From the NCBI GenBank assembly GCA_018902845.1, contig JAHIPV010000013.1, positions 18,766 to 82,765 of the forward strand: a DNA stretch of 64,000 bases, in the 5' to 3' direction. The position numbers and the translations under genes were made by a program. The notes below the pieces were generated by a model. The model was not told the origin of the DNA, ran no database searches, and saw only the letters and a program-made list of their open reading frames with translations. Positions 28,892 to 39,114 of this stretch are shown here, piece after piece (positions within the stretch are counted from its first letter, which is position 1; every line of letters begins with the position of its first letter). Source of the DNA: Patescibacteria group bacterium. GTDB lineage: Bacteria; Patescibacteriota; Microgenomatia; UBA12405.

Positions 28892-29371
28892 ATGTCACGA
28901 AAAGGACCAACAAAACCAAGAAAAACAGAGCCAGACGCCATTTGCAATAGTGAGTTATTGGGTAAAATAATAAATTTTTCAATGAAAAATGGTAAAAAGC
29001 TTGCTACCCAAAAACAGGTTTATTCGGCTCTCGATCTGCTTTCAAAGAAAGGGAAAAAAGAAGCACTTGCTTTAGTTGAACAAGCCATAGAAAACATAAA
29101 ACCAAAGGTAGAAGTACGCCCCAGGCGGATAGGAGGCGCGGTTTATCAAGTTCCAAGGCCGGTTTCTAGCAGAAGACAGCTTTCATTAAGTATTCGCTGG
29201 TTAGTGAATTCAGCCAGGGCCAGGCCTAACAAACAATATCGCACCTTTGGAGAAAAATTAGCAGCCGAAATCACATCGGCTCTAGAAAATGAAGGCTCTG
29301 CCATAAACAAAAAACTAGAAGTCGAAAAAATGGCAGAAGCCAACAAGGCCTTCTCTCACTTGCGCTGGTAA
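28892..29371 (+). CDS. rpsG: 30S ribosomal protein S7
   Basis: M..GKK, P.VEVR.RRIGGA.YQVP, MAEANKAFSH.RW. Confidence 0.97.
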   Translation: MSRKGPTKPRKTEPDAICNSELLGKIINFSMKNGKKLATQKQVYSALDLLSKKGKKEALALVEQAIENIKPKVEVRPRRIGGAVYQVPRPVSSRRQLSLSIRWLVNSARARPNKQYRTFGEKLAAEITSALENEGSAINKKLEVEKMAEANKAFSHLRW

Positions 29372-29395
29372 ACATTTTCCTACATACTAAGCTAA

Positions 29396-30838
29396 ATGTC
29401 CCTTTTTACAAAGCCCAAAACAGTTTTCTGGCCTAAAAAGAATTCTCTGGAAATTTATTTTGACAAAAAAGAACAAAATCATTTCACTTTTGATATTAAT
29501 CTTTGGGAAGAAATTTCAGAATCAAACTTAACTGTCCTTAAAAACTTTTTCAATCAAAACAAAATCAAACAAGTCGATTTGCTCGTACCAAACAGGGTCG
29601 CTGTCAACAAATCTTTTATTTATGATTCCAAAATAGACAGCATTGACAAAAATGAACTAGTTGCTTTAGCCAAAGATACGGTTGAATTCAAGATTTATCC
29701 TGATTTTTTAACATCAAAACTCTTTAATCGTGGTGAAAAAACCATTATACAAACAACAATTTATGACAAAAGCAAACTATTGGTATTGAGAAATAATTTA
29801 TCTAGACTTCAATTAAAACTAAAAAAGATTATTTCTATTTCTTCTGCTATCTCATCGTTAATTTCTTCATTTTATCAAAAGAAATATTTTTTAATTTACC
29901 AGACCGACATTTCAGAATTTCTTTGCTTATTGGCAAAAAATAAGTCAGTTTACCTTAGTGTTTCAATAAAAAATATTTCAGCTGAAATACAAAAAAACAT
30001 TAATTATTCCAAGCTTTATTTTTCCTCAACGGTCGATAAGCTGTTTTTACCAAAAAACCTAGACACCAAAGACACACCTCTGGATAATTTTGAAAAAACA
30101 ATCTTACAAGAATCAAAAATAAGTCAAGATTTCAAAAAAGCATCTAATTTTCCACTACCCATCGTCCCGTTCTTTGTAAAAAAATTTACTTTTGACAAAA
30201 CTGGTATAATAAAACATATGCTAGAAGACAACCCCACCATCCAAACAGTTAATGATAGTCCTAAAAAAAACACCACGTCGATCATTTTAGTTTTTATCGC
30301 CACCATTTCCATTGTATCTGCTATTTTGTGGATTCTTCTAAACAAAAATAGTGAGAAAAATTCCGAATCTCTATCTCCAAATCAAGAGGATGAAAATAGG
30401 CTTTCACCGTCTCCCACCTTACTTATCACTCCAACACCGGAAACCAAACAGGTCGAAGTAGACAAAGAAAGTAAAATACAGGTTCTGAATGCCACCGAAA
30501 TTAACGGTCAAGCTGCCACCCTCAAAAAAGACCTGGTCGAACTCGGTTTTGATAACATTGCGGTTGGAAATAGCAACGATGAATTAACTGTCAATACGGT
30601 AAACTACAAAAAATCCCTCGGAGAAATATCAAATTATTTCATTAGTAATTTGGTATCTTTTTCGACGGCGGATTTTAATGATAGCCTAGACGAAGACAGC
30701 ACCTACGATATGGTTTTTATAATTGCTACTGACTTATCAAAATCAAATCAAGACATTGATGAAGATATAACAGAGACAGAAACAGAAACGGAAACCCCAA
30801 TTTTAACTCCAACAGAATCGGCAGACTTGATTGAGTAA
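29396..30838 (+). CDS. Membrane protein with C-terminal LytR_C-like domain (N-terminal region possibly PilM/GspL-like)
   Basis: TM helix; IQVLNA..INGQA...K..L...GF..I.VGN and D..FII..D match LytR_C; acidic TE-repeat tail. Confidence 0.7.
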   Translation: MSLFTKPKTVFWPKKNSLEIYFDKKEQNHFTFDINLWEEISESNLTVLKNFFNQNKIKQVDLLVPNRVAVNKSFIYDSKIDSIDKNELVALAKDTVEFKIYPDFLTSKLFNRGEKTIIQTTIYDKSKLLVLRNNLSRLQLKLKKIISISSAISSLISSFYQKKYFLIYQTDISEFLCLLAKNKSVYLSVSIKNISAEIQKNINYSKLYFSSTVDKLFLPKNLDTKDTPLDNFEKTILQESKISQDFKKASNFPLPIVPFFVKKFTFDKTGIIKHMLEDNPTIQTVNDSPKKNTTSIILVFIATISIVSAILWILLNKNSEKNSESLSPNQEDENRLSPSPTLLITPTPETKQVEVDKESKIQVLNATEINGQAATLKKDLVELGFDNIAVGNSNDELTVNTVNYKKSLGEISNYFISNLVSFSTADFNDSLDEDSTYDMVFIIATDLSKSNQDIDEDITETETETETPILTPTESADLIE

Positions 30839-30841
30839 TTT

Positions 30842-32131
30842 TTACTCCAATACTTCAATCGCCTTGTTTCCCTCTTTTACTGCATAATTTAATCCGCGGT
30901 CTTCCGGATAAATTTGAGAAAAATTAAACAAAAATACATTATCTAGTTGAGTTTTATAAGCAGGTATCTTTTTTTCATAATCACAATTGACCAAATGTTG
31001 CGCCTTTTCTAATCTAAATAAATATTTTTTCTCTATCTTTTTTGCTTCAAAAGCAGGAAATATCTTTTTTAAGTAAGCCAAAAACAAGCTATAAATCTTT
31101 TCATCTTCCATTTTCCACATATTATTATCTGCCGAAAGATATGTTCCCATATAGTAAACATGTCTGTTTCCATACATTTTTTTGTCAATCAAGTTAGTAT
31201 GTTGGATAAAAGCCAAAAAGGGAGATTCTGAGTCATTTATGTTGTGCCAATAATAATTGCTTAAGTTTTGCTTTGTCGTAAAAACCAGATTTAAGGCTCC
31301 AAGATACTCAATGCTTTTTAGTTTTTTCAAATATTTTTTATTTATTTTTTTATTATCTTCAATTAATTTAGCGAAATTATTCGAATCTATACAGCAAATT
31401 ATTTTTTCAAATTTTCTACTTTTTCCTTTAATCCAAATTTTATTATCAATAATTTTATCAACCTCACTTTTACAAAAAATTTTACCTCCATCATCATCAA
31501 TCCTCTTTATCAATTTGTTTGTAATTAGTTGAAAACCACCTTCCAAATACCCCAATTTTTCTTTTCCAAAAGCATTACTCGATTTTCCTCTAATGTGTAT
31601 TCTTGCCCATAGCCAAGCCATTGATACATCTTTATAAAAATGATGGAATTTACCAATAAGTAAGGGTTTCCAAACGGATTCATAGGCTTTTTTCCCACAC
31701 ATTTTTTTCATCCATTGATCAGCGGAAACCCCTTCAAACTTTTTCCAATTTGTTGTTTTTTGTAAATACAATCCAACCATTCCCATTCTTAACCGATCAA
31801 TCAAGGGAAGGGCCTCAAACTTTAAAAGATCAATAGCTGACACAAAAGCATAGGTTTTTTTATTAAGGTAAAGACCAATCGAACTGTCTTTCCAAACCAG
31901 CTTATTTTCTAATTCCAGTTCCTTAATTAAGTTAATAATTTCTTTATCAGTTTTAAAAATATGATGATATGTCTTTTCCAAATATGTTTTTTCAAGCTTA
32001 AAGCTACTCAGTAAACCACCTAGCTTGTCTGCTTTTTCAAACAAAGATACTCTATATCCCCTTTGTCCCAATCTATAAGCAATCACCAAGCCTGTCAATC
32101 CACCACCCACAACCGCTATTTTTTTCTTCAT
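30842..32131 (-). CDS. FAD-dependent oxidoreductase (protoporphyrinogen/amine oxidase-like)
   Basis: IAVVGGGLTGL..AY.L...G..V.LFE...LGGL Rossmann motif; EKTYHH; IYPEDRG.N. Confidence 0.88.
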   Translation of the reverse strand: MKKKIAVVGGGLTGLVIAYRLGQRGYRVSLFEKADKLGGLLSSFKLEKTYLEKTYHHIFKTDKEIINLIKELELENKLVWKDSSIGLYLNKKTYAFVSAIDLLKFEALPLIDRLRMGMVGLYLQKTTNWKKFEGVSADQWMKKMCGKKAYESVWKPLLIGKFHHFYKDVSMAWLWARIHIRGKSSNAFGKEKLGYLEGGFQLITNKLIKRIDDDGGKIFCKSEVDKIIDNKIWIKGKSRKFEKIICCIDSNNFAKLIEDNKKINKKYLKKLKSIEYLGALNLVFTTKQNLSNYYWHNINDSESPFLAFIQHTNLIDKKMYGNRHVYYMGTYLSADNNMWKMEDEKIYSLFLAYLKKIFPAFEAKKIEKKYLFRLEKAQHLVNCDYEKKIPAYKTQLDNVFLFNFSQIYPEDRGLNYAVKEGNKAIEVLE

Positions 32132-32236
32132 ATATTTAAATTACTCAATTATTACATTAATTCTTGTAAATAAACTGCATCGTGTTAATATAGAAAATAC
32201 TGCTGTCGCTAACATAGCAACAGCAGATTTTAATTC

Positions 32237-34354
32237 ATGACTGACACAAATAACAAAATTACTACCAAAGACGTAAATATGGCTAAAGTCCGAAATATCG
32301 GAATCATTGCTCATATTGATGCAGGCAAAACCACCAGTACAGAAAGAATACTCTTTTATACGGGGAAAATCCACAAAATGGGTGTTATTGATGAAGGAAC
32401 TACAACTACGGACACTATGATACAAGAAAGAGAAAGGGGAATAACAATTCAATCGGCCTGTATCACCACTTTTTGGAAAGATAATCGTTTTAATATTATC
32501 GATACCCCAGGACATGTAGATTTTACTGCAGAAGTCGAAAGATCTTTGCGTGTCCTTGATGGGGCCATTATGATTTTTGACGGTAATGCTGGAGTTCAGG
32601 CCCAGTCAGAAACGGTTTGGCGCCAAGCCGATAAATACGGCGTACCTAGAATTGTGTTTGTAAACAAAATGGATAAAGTTGGCTCCAGTTTTAATATGTG
32701 CTTGGAAAGCATAAGAACAAAACTAAGAGCCCCCGTTATTCCCATGGTTATTCCAATAGGTGAAGAACATGAGCATATGGGTGTGGTTGATCTGATGGAA
32801 ATGAAAATGATTATTTGGGACAAAGACGAAAAAGGGACAGAATACAGCGTCAAGAAGATTGACAACGAATATAAAGATAGAGCCCAAGAGGCTAGGGACA
32901 AAATGATAGAACAAATTGCCGCAGAAGACGAAAAACTTATGGGAAAATTTTTAAATGATCAAGAAATTTCAGTAGAAGAACTCAAAAAAGTTTTAAGAAA
33001 AGCCACCATAGAAAGAAAATTGTTTCCAATTTACTGTGGTTCTGCATGGAGAAATAAGGGTATACAGCCACTTCTTGATGCCATTGTTGACTATTTACCG
33101 TCTCCATTGGATCTTCCGCCAATAAAAGGCTTTGGTCCACAAACAGAAAAAGAAATTATTAGGAAACCATCAGACGATGAATTTTTATCAGCCCTCCTTT
33201 TTAAAGTTCAGACTGATCCTCATGTGGGTACGCTTTCTTATGTAAGAATTTATTCCGGAATTCTTAAAGCTGGATCAGAAGTCTATAATCCCAACAAACA
33301 AAGTAAAGAAAGAATAGGTCGGCTATTGCTTATGCACGCTGATAAACGGGAAAGTATTCAACTGGGTCATGCAGGAGAAATAGTCGCTTGTATAGGATTA
33401 AAAGAATCAACTACTGGAGACACCCTTTGTGATAAGGATATGCAGATTTCTCTGTCTCCGATTAATTTTACTGACCCGGTTATCTCACTAGCTATTGAAC
33501 CGGCTTCTGCCGATGACCAGGAAAAAATGGGCACAGCTCTCAACAAGCTAGCATCTGAAGACCCAACCTTTAGAGTAGGATTTGACCATGAAACCGGTCA
33601 AACTATTATATCCGGCATGGGAGAACTATATTTAGATATTATAATAGATCGTCTCAAAAGAGAATTTAAGGTAAATGTTAAAACAGGTCAACCTCAAGTT
33701 GCTTACAAAGAAACAATTACCTCCGTTACCAAAGCCGAGGGTAAATATATCCACCAAAGTGGCGGTCATGGGCAATACGGTCATTGTAATATTGAAGTTG
33801 AACCAAAAGACAGAGGCACGGGTTTTGAATTCGTCAATGCGGTAAAGGGCGGTGCTATTCCAAGCAATTTCATTCCATCTATAGAAAAAGGTGTAAAGGA
33901 AGCCTTGATAAATGGCATCATCGCTGGATATCCGGTGGTGGATTTAAAAGTAACGGTCTATGATGGTAGCTATCATGACGTTGACTCTTCTGACAATGCT
34001 TTCAAATTAGCAGGATCCTTTGCCATAAAAGAAGGCGTAAAAAACGCCAAACCCATAATCCTAGAACCAATAATGAAACTTGAAGTAAGTGTTCCTAGCG
34101 AATACTTAGGAACTGTTATTGGAGATCTTTCTTCCAGGCGTGGCCAAATAGAAAGCACGGAAGAATTATTGGGTTTTACCACTATTAATTCCAAAATTCC
34201 TCTAGAAGCTGTTCGTGGTTATGCTACCGTTATTCGAAGTCTAACCCAAGGTAGGGGAAGCTTTTACATGGAGTTTTCCTGTTACGAACCAGTACCAAAA
34301 AATATTCAAGAAGAATTGATTATAGCCAAAAATCCAACTCAAGACAAAAAATAA
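32237..34354 (+). CDS. fusA: Elongation factor G
   Basis: AHIDAGKTT, ERERGITI, DTPGHVDF, NKMD, QSGG.GQYGH, GSYHDVDSS. Confidence 0.98.
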   Translation: MTDTNNKITTKDVNMAKVRNIGIIAHIDAGKTTSTERILFYTGKIHKMGVIDEGTTTTDTMIQERERGITIQSACITTFWKDNRFNIIDTPGHVDFTAEVERSLRVLDGAIMIFDGNAGVQAQSETVWRQADKYGVPRIVFVNKMDKVGSSFNMCLESIRTKLRAPVIPMVIPIGEEHEHMGVVDLMEMKMIIWDKDEKGTEYSVKKIDNEYKDRAQEARDKMIEQIAAEDEKLMGKFLNDQEISVEELKKVLRKATIERKLFPIYCGSAWRNKGIQPLLDAIVDYLPSPLDLPPIKGFGPQTEKEIIRKPSDDEFLSALLFKVQTDPHVGTLSYVRIYSGILKAGSEVYNPNKQSKERIGRLLLMHADKRESIQLGHAGEIVACIGLKESTTGDTLCDKDMQISLSPINFTDPVISLAIEPASADDQEKMGTALNKLASEDPTFRVGFDHETGQTIISGMGELYLDIIIDRLKREFKVNVKTGQPQVAYKETITSVTKAEGKYIHQSGGHGQYGHCNIEVEPKDRGTGFEFVNAVKGGAIPSNFIPSIEKGVKEALINGIIAGYPVVDLKVTVYDGSYHDVDSSDNAFKLAGSFAIKEGVKNAKPIILEPIMKLEVSVPSEYLGTVIGDLSSRRGQIESTEELLGFTTINSKIPLEAVRGYATVIRSLTQGRGSFYMEFSCYEPVPKNIQEELIIAKNPTQDKK

Positions 34355-34364
34355 TTTGTTAGCC

Positions 34365-34393
34365 TTGCAAACAGTTGTTACAGTTGGTAAAAT
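34365..34393 (+). promoter_or_regulatory. Internal promoter for tuf
   Basis: TTGCAA-17 nt-TAAAAT with extended TG; the spacer holds ACAGTTG twice. Confidence 0.5.
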
Positions 34394-34466
34394 CATAAAG
34401 CTGTTTTTATGCCAAAATTAGTATAAAATCAATTATTATTAAGATTCTAAAAAAAAAGGAGAAAAA

Positions 34467-35645
34467 ATGTCAGATAGTAAAAAATTTATTCGAAACAAGC
34501 CTCATATTAATGTTGGTACCATTGGACACGTAGATCATGGGAAAACCACCTTAAGTGCCGCTATGGCAAAGGTAGCCGGTAACCCAAAAAGTTATGCTGA
34601 TATCGCCAAGGGTGGTACGGTTCGGGATGAAAACAAAATCGTTACTATTGCTATCGCTCATTTGGAATACGAAACAGAAAAAAGGCACTATGCTCACATC
34701 GATTGTCCCGGACACGCTGATTATGTCAAAAACATGATTACAGGTGCAGCCCAAATGGACGGCGCTATTCTTGTTGTTTCCGCGCCGGATGGTCCCATGC
34801 CTCAAACCAGGGAACATGTTCTTTTGGCCCAACAGGTAAACGTACCAGCCTTAGTAGTTTTCTTAAACAAAGTAGATTTAGTTGAAGACCCCGAATTCCT
34901 TGATCTTGTTGAGATGGAAATAAGAGAACTTCTTAATAAATACAAATTTGATGGCGATAAAGTACCAATTATTCGGGGTTCAGCATTAAAAGCGTTAGAG
35001 GGTGACGAGAAATCAATTGAATCAATCAAGGAATTGATGAACACTCTCGACACTTACATTCCAGAACCAAAAAGAGAACTGGATAAGCCATTTTTGATGC
35101 CGATAGAAGATGTCTTCTCTATAAAAGGCAGGGGAACGGTAGCTACGGGGAGGATCGAGAGAGGCCTTGTTAAGATCAACGACGAAGTTGAAATAGTTGG
35201 TCTAAAAGATACCAAGAAAGTAGTAGTTACGGGAGTAGAAATGTTTCACAAAATGCTCGACCAGGGCCAGGCTGGAGACAATGTTGGTATTTTGCTCCGT
35301 GGTATAGAGAAAAATGAAATTGAAAGAGGTCAAGTTCTTGCCAAGATAGGAACAATCTCTCCACACACCAAATTTAAGGCTGAAATATATCTTCTCAAAA
35401 AAGAAGAGGGCGGAAGACACACACCAATTTTTGCTGGATACAGGCCTCAAATTTTTATTAGAACTACCGATGTTACCGGAAATGTCCTTCTAGAAGAAGG
35501 CGTAGAAATGGTTATGCCGGGAGATAACGCCAACGTTATTATCGAGCTGATCAAACCAATTGCCATGGAAAAAGGTCAACGCTTTGCCATCAGGGAAGGT
35601 GGATTAACAGTAGGGGCGGGAGCCATTACCGAAATTATCCAATAA
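34467..35645 (+). CDS. tuf: Elongation factor Tu
   Basis: [37 protein letters not shown]; AAGGAG SD. Confidence 0.98.
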   Translation: MSDSKKFIRNKPHINVGTIGHVDHGKTTLSAAMAKVAGNPKSYADIAKGGTVRDENKIVTIAIAHLEYETEKRHYAHIDCPGHADYVKNMITGAAQMDGAILVVSAPDGPMPQTREHVLLAQQVNVPALVVFLNKVDLVEDPEFLDLVEMEIRELLNKYKFDGDKVPIIRGSALKALEGDEKSIESIKELMNTLDTYIPEPKRELDKPFLMPIEDVFSIKGRGTVATGRIERGLVKINDEVEIVGLKDTKKVVVTGVEMFHKMLDQGQAGDNVGILLRGIEKNEIERGQVLAKIGTISPHTKFKAEIYLLKKEEGGRHTPIFAGYRPQIFIRTTDVTGNVLLEEGVEMVMPGDNANVIIELIKPIAMEKGQRFAIREGGLTVGAGAITEIIQ

Positions 35646-35648
35646 AAG

Positions 35649-35960
35649 ATGACAAAAGGTAGCCGCATACGAGTCAGATTAAAATCTTTTGATCATCGGG
35701 TTATCGATGAAGCGGCTTTAAAGATAGTTGAAGCTGCGGTTACCGCTGGCGCTAAAATTATCGGCCCTGTCCCTTTGCCAACCCAAAAAAAACTATTTGT
35801 TGTTCTAACTAGTCCACATACAGACAAAGATGCCAGAGAACATTTTGAAGTTCTGATACATAAAAGGCTTATCGATATCGTTAGCACCAGCCTAAGAACA
35901 ATAGATCGTCTTCAGCATTTGGACTTGCCGTCTGGGGTTGAGGTAGAAATTAAAATGTAA
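35649..35960 (+). CDS. rpsJ: 30S ribosomal protein S10
   Basis: IR.RLKSFDH, GPVPLPT, SPH..KD.RE.FE..HKRLID. Confidence 0.97.
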   Translation: MTKGSRIRVRLKSFDHRVIDEAALKIVEAAVTAGAKIIGPVPLPTQKKLFVVLTSPHTDKDAREHFEVLIHKRLIDIVSTSLRTIDRLQHLDLPSGVEVEIKM

Positions 35961-35964
35961 AACT

Positions 35965-36624
35965 ATGATTTCAGGTTTCATAATAAAAAAAGGGGACATG
36001 ACTCGGAATTTTCGAGAAGATGGTACCTGTATTCCTATCACCAAGTGTCAGGCACTACCTATTGTCGTTACTCAGGTTAAAACCAGTCATACTAAGCCAA
36101 ACTCAGTTCAATTTGGCTATGGACACAAAAAGAAATTAAGCAACGCGATTTTATCAAAACTTAAGAAGCTCAAAATCAAAAAGACCCCGTCAAGATTTAT
36201 CGAATTCAAGCTTATTTCTGACGATTTACCCCAAATCGGATCAGAAATTAATTTTGAATCTGTATTTTCCTTGGGAGAATTGGTAGACGTTACAGGAAAA
36301 TCAAAGGGAAGAGGTTTTTCCGGTGTTATAAAAAGACATGGTTTTCATCGCCAGCCTGTTACCAGGGGTCAATCGGATCGTACCAGGGCTCCAGGCTCTA
36401 TAGGCGCTCAAACTCCCGGAAAAGTTATTAAAGGTAAAAAAATGCCAGGCCATTTTGGTAATAAGCAAATTACAGTTCAAAATTTGGAAATTATTGCTTT
36501 TGACAAAGATAACAATCAAGTTAGTATCAAAGGTGACTTGCCGGGACACAAAAATTCATGGTTGATAGTTAAAAAGCAAGCGTCAGCTAAGTCTGCGCTA
36601 GAAGTAAAAGGAGTAACAAAGTGA
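35965..36624 (+). CDS. rplC: 50S ribosomal protein L3
   Basis: VDVTG.SKGRGF.GV.KRH, RAPGSIG, KGKKMPGH.G. Confidence 0.96.
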   Translation: MISGFIIKKGDMTRNFREDGTCIPITKCQALPIVVTQVKTSHTKPNSVQFGYGHKKKLSNAILSKLKKLKIKKTPSRFIEFKLISDDLPQIGSEINFESVFSLGELVDVTGKSKGRGFSGVIKRHGFHRQPVTRGQSDRTRAPGSIGAQTPGKVIKGKKMPGHFGNKQITVQNLEIIAFDKDNNQVSIKGDLPGHKNSWLIVKKQASAKSALEVKGVTK

Positions 36625-37295
36625 AAAAAGTAAAAAAAAGCCCAGACAAAATTTCTTTTAAAATTCCAGTTTACGATCTAGAAGCCAAAAAAACAGGTAG
36701 TTTAGACTTAAACCAGTCTATTTTTGGCCTTAAGCCTAATCCCCAATTATTGGCTCAATCAGCAAGGGTTTATTTATCCAACCAAAGAAAAGCTAGGGCC
36801 AAAACCAAAAATCGGTCCGAAGTCAGGGGTTCAACCAAAAAAATTTGGGCCCAAAAGGGAACTGGTCGTGCCAGACATGGAGATATGAGAGCCCCAATCT
36901 TTGTCGGTGGAGGTATAGCCCATGGTCCCCGAGGCGAACAGAATTATAAACTGAGATTAACTAAAAAAATGAGAAAACTGGCCACAAAAACTATTTTATC
37001 TCTCTTCTTAACTAATAAATCAATTTTAGCTGTCAAGGATTTTGACAAAATTATTCCAAAAACAAAGAAAGCCTTAGGTCTTATTACTGGACTAAAAGCC
37101 AAAGATAAAGTATTATCAAAAAGCAAAAAAATAGGGATTATAATATCTGACTCAAGTCAAAATATTAAACGCGCTTTCAAGAATTTACCCTTTATTTCCG
37201 TATTTTCGTCTAAATCTTTAAGTACTTATCAACTAAGTAGACAGGGCTTTTTGATTTTCAGCAAAAAATCCTTAGACGAATTAAACAAAACATAA
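36621..37295 (+). CDS. rplD: 50S ribosomal protein L4
   Basis: TK.RSEVRG..KK.W.QKGTGRARHG..RAP..VGGG..HGP. Confidence 0.96.
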   Translation: MKKVKKSPDKISFKIPVYDLEAKKTGSLDLNQSIFGLKPNPQLLAQSARVYLSNQRKARAKTKNRSEVRGSTKKIWAQKGTGRARHGDMRAPIFVGGGIAHGPRGEQNYKLRLTKKMRKLATKTILSLFLTNKSILAVKDFDKIIPKTKKALGLITGLKAKDKVLSKSKKIGIIISDSSQNIKRAFKNLPFISVFSSKSLSTYQLSRQGFLIFSKKSLDELNKT

Positions 37296-37296
37296 A

Positions 37297-37629
37297 ATGA
37301 TTGCACCAGATAAAATAATATTAAAACCAATAAATACCGAAAAATCACTTATTGATCGTTCCAAGGGTAAATATCATTTTTGGGTTGCGGCAAAATCTAC
37401 CAAAGGGCAAATCTTCCAAGCTTTTGTTTTACTTTTTTCCATTAAGCCTTTAAAAATCAACACTATCAAACTTAAGGGAAAAACAAAAACAAATTGGAAA
37501 AACAGAAAAACATATACCAAGATTAATAGAAAAAAAGCTATCATAACATTAAAAACGGGAACCGAGCTTGATCTTTTTTCTTCAAAAAAGAAAAAAACAA
37601 AGTCTGTCTCTGGCAGAAATAAAAAATAA
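37297..37629 (+). CDS. rplW: 50S ribosomal protein L23
   Basis: I..P..TEKS, Y.F.V, K.K, KKAI.TL; operon position. Confidence 0.93.
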   Translation: MIAPDKIILKPINTEKSLIDRSKGKYHFWVAAKSTKGQIFQAFVLLFSIKPLKINTIKLKGKTKTNWKNRKTYTKINRKKAIITLKTGTELDLFSSKKKKTKSVSGRNKK

Positions 37630-38384
37630 TGACAAAAAACAAAAGAATCAAATCACTATTAAAAATTAAAAAAAAGAAAAGCGGCCGGGATTCTTCCGGA
37701 CAAATTTCAGTACGGCACCAGGGCGGAGAACACAAAAGATTTTTAAGAAAAATTGATTGGAAAAGAAATAAGATAGGAATAAAAGCAAAGGTAGTTGCTA
37801 TTGAATATGACCCTAACAGAACCGCAAATATTGCCTTACTCAGTTATGCCGATGGCAGTAAAAGCTATATATTAGCATCTCAAAAACTAAAAATTAATGA
37901 TTATGTTGTTTCTTCACCAGACGCTGATATCAAAGAAGGAAACTGTTTACCGATAAGCAAAATCCCGGCCGGAGTTCCATTCCATTGTTTAGAAATTCAA
38001 CCAGGCAAGGGTGCTCAGTTTGTCAAAAGTGCAGGTTCTGCCGCTTATATCCAAAGCATCGACGGTCAAAAAGCCATTATTAAACTTCCCTCAGGGGAAC
38101 TAAGATTATTTAATATAGATTGCAAAGCCACCATTGGTCAATTAAGTCGTGCAGATTTGGCCAACATCAAACTTAAAAAAGCAGGGGACAAAAGAAACCG
38201 CGGTATTCGTCCTACGGTTAGGGGAGTAGTTCAACATCCCGATTCCCATCCACATGGCGGAGGCGAAGGTAAGAGCAGTATAGGTATGCATCCAAAAACT
38301 CCATGGGGGAAACCAGCTTTAGGTAAAAAAACCAGAAAAAAGAAAAAATATTCAAACAAGTTAATAATTAAGAGAATAAATTAA
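37629..38384 (+). CDS. rplB: 50S ribosomal protein L2 (short N-terminus)
   Basis: GR...[37 protein letters not shown]. Confidence 0.97.
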   Translation: MTKNKRIKSLLKIKKKKSGRDSSGQISVRHQGGEHKRFLRKIDWKRNKIGIKAKVVAIEYDPNRTANIALLSYADGSKSYILASQKLKINDYVVSSPDADIKEGNCLPISKIPAGVPFHCLEIQPGKGAQFVKSAGSAAYIQSIDGQKAIIKLPSGELRLFNIDCKATIGQLSRADLANIKLKKAGDKRNRGIRPTVRGVVQHPDSHPHGGGEGKSSIGMHPKTPWGKPALGKKTRKKKKYSNKLIIKRIN

Positions 38385-38389
38385 AAAAT

Positions 38390-38668
38390 ATGTCTAGAAG
38401 TTCAAAAAAGGGACCATACATAGACCAGAACTTAAGCAAAAAAGTTGCTAAGCAAAAAGCCGGCGACGGTGCTATTAAGACATGGGCCAGGTCTAGTCAG
38501 ATACCACCAGAATTTATTGCTTATACTTTTCTGGTTCACAATGGAAAAAAATTCATTGAAGTTTATATTACAGAAGATATGGTTGGTCACAGATTAGGTG
38601 AATTTGCCCCAACCAGAACCTTTAGAGGCCATGGACGTGTTGTAAAAAGAACTCTTGAAAAAACTTAA
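38390..38668 (+). CDS. rpsS: 30S ribosomal protein S19
   Basis: [28 protein letters not shown]. Confidence 0.97.
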   Translation: MSRSSKKGPYIDQNLSKKVAKQKAGDGAIKTWARSSQIPPEFIAYTFLVHNGKKFIEVYITEDMVGHRLGEFAPTRTFRGHGRVVKRTLEKT

Positions 38669-38674
38669 ACCTAT

Positions 38675-39097
38675 ATGCCAAAACTTATCAAAAAACAACC
38701 AGTTAAATCTTCACCAATATCAAAGCCTGTTGATAAAGAAAAAAAGATATTTCAGGTTAGTCATACTAACAAAAATATCAAAGCCTCCCCTCGCAAGCTT
38801 AGAATTCTTGCCAACACAATCAAAAAACTCAAGCCGGAAGAAGCATTAATTAGACTAAAGTTAACCAATTCTAAATCAGCCAGACTTCTTTACAAGAATG
38901 TCAAAGCCGTCATAGCTAACGTAAAAAATAATCCAAACTTAGATTTAAATACAATGTCTTTTCATTCAGTCCAAGTGGACGACTCTATTAAATTCAAACG
39001 TATGGATAAATCACACAGTTCTCGTTTTGCTCGGGGACTGATTCAAAAAAGACATAGTCGTCTAAAAATTATTATTTCTGCTAAAATACGCAATTAG
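38675..39097 (+). CDS. rplV: 50S ribosomal protein L22
   Basis: SPRKLR..A..I, A.AN..NN, I.KR.S...I; operon position. Confidence 0.9.
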   Translation: MPKLIKKQPVKSSPISKPVDKEKKIFQVSHTNKNIKASPRKLRILANTIKKLKPEEALIRLKLTNSKSARLLYKNVKAVIANVKNNPNLDLNTMSFHSVQVDDSIKFKRMDKSHSSRFARGLIQKRHSRLKIIISAKIRN

Positions 39098-39114
39098 CAA
39101 TTATTTATAAATTA

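Noticed and set aside
30768-30795. ACAGA(G/A) hexamer run
   Set aside because: It simply encodes a TETETET low-complexity linker; no sign of phase variation
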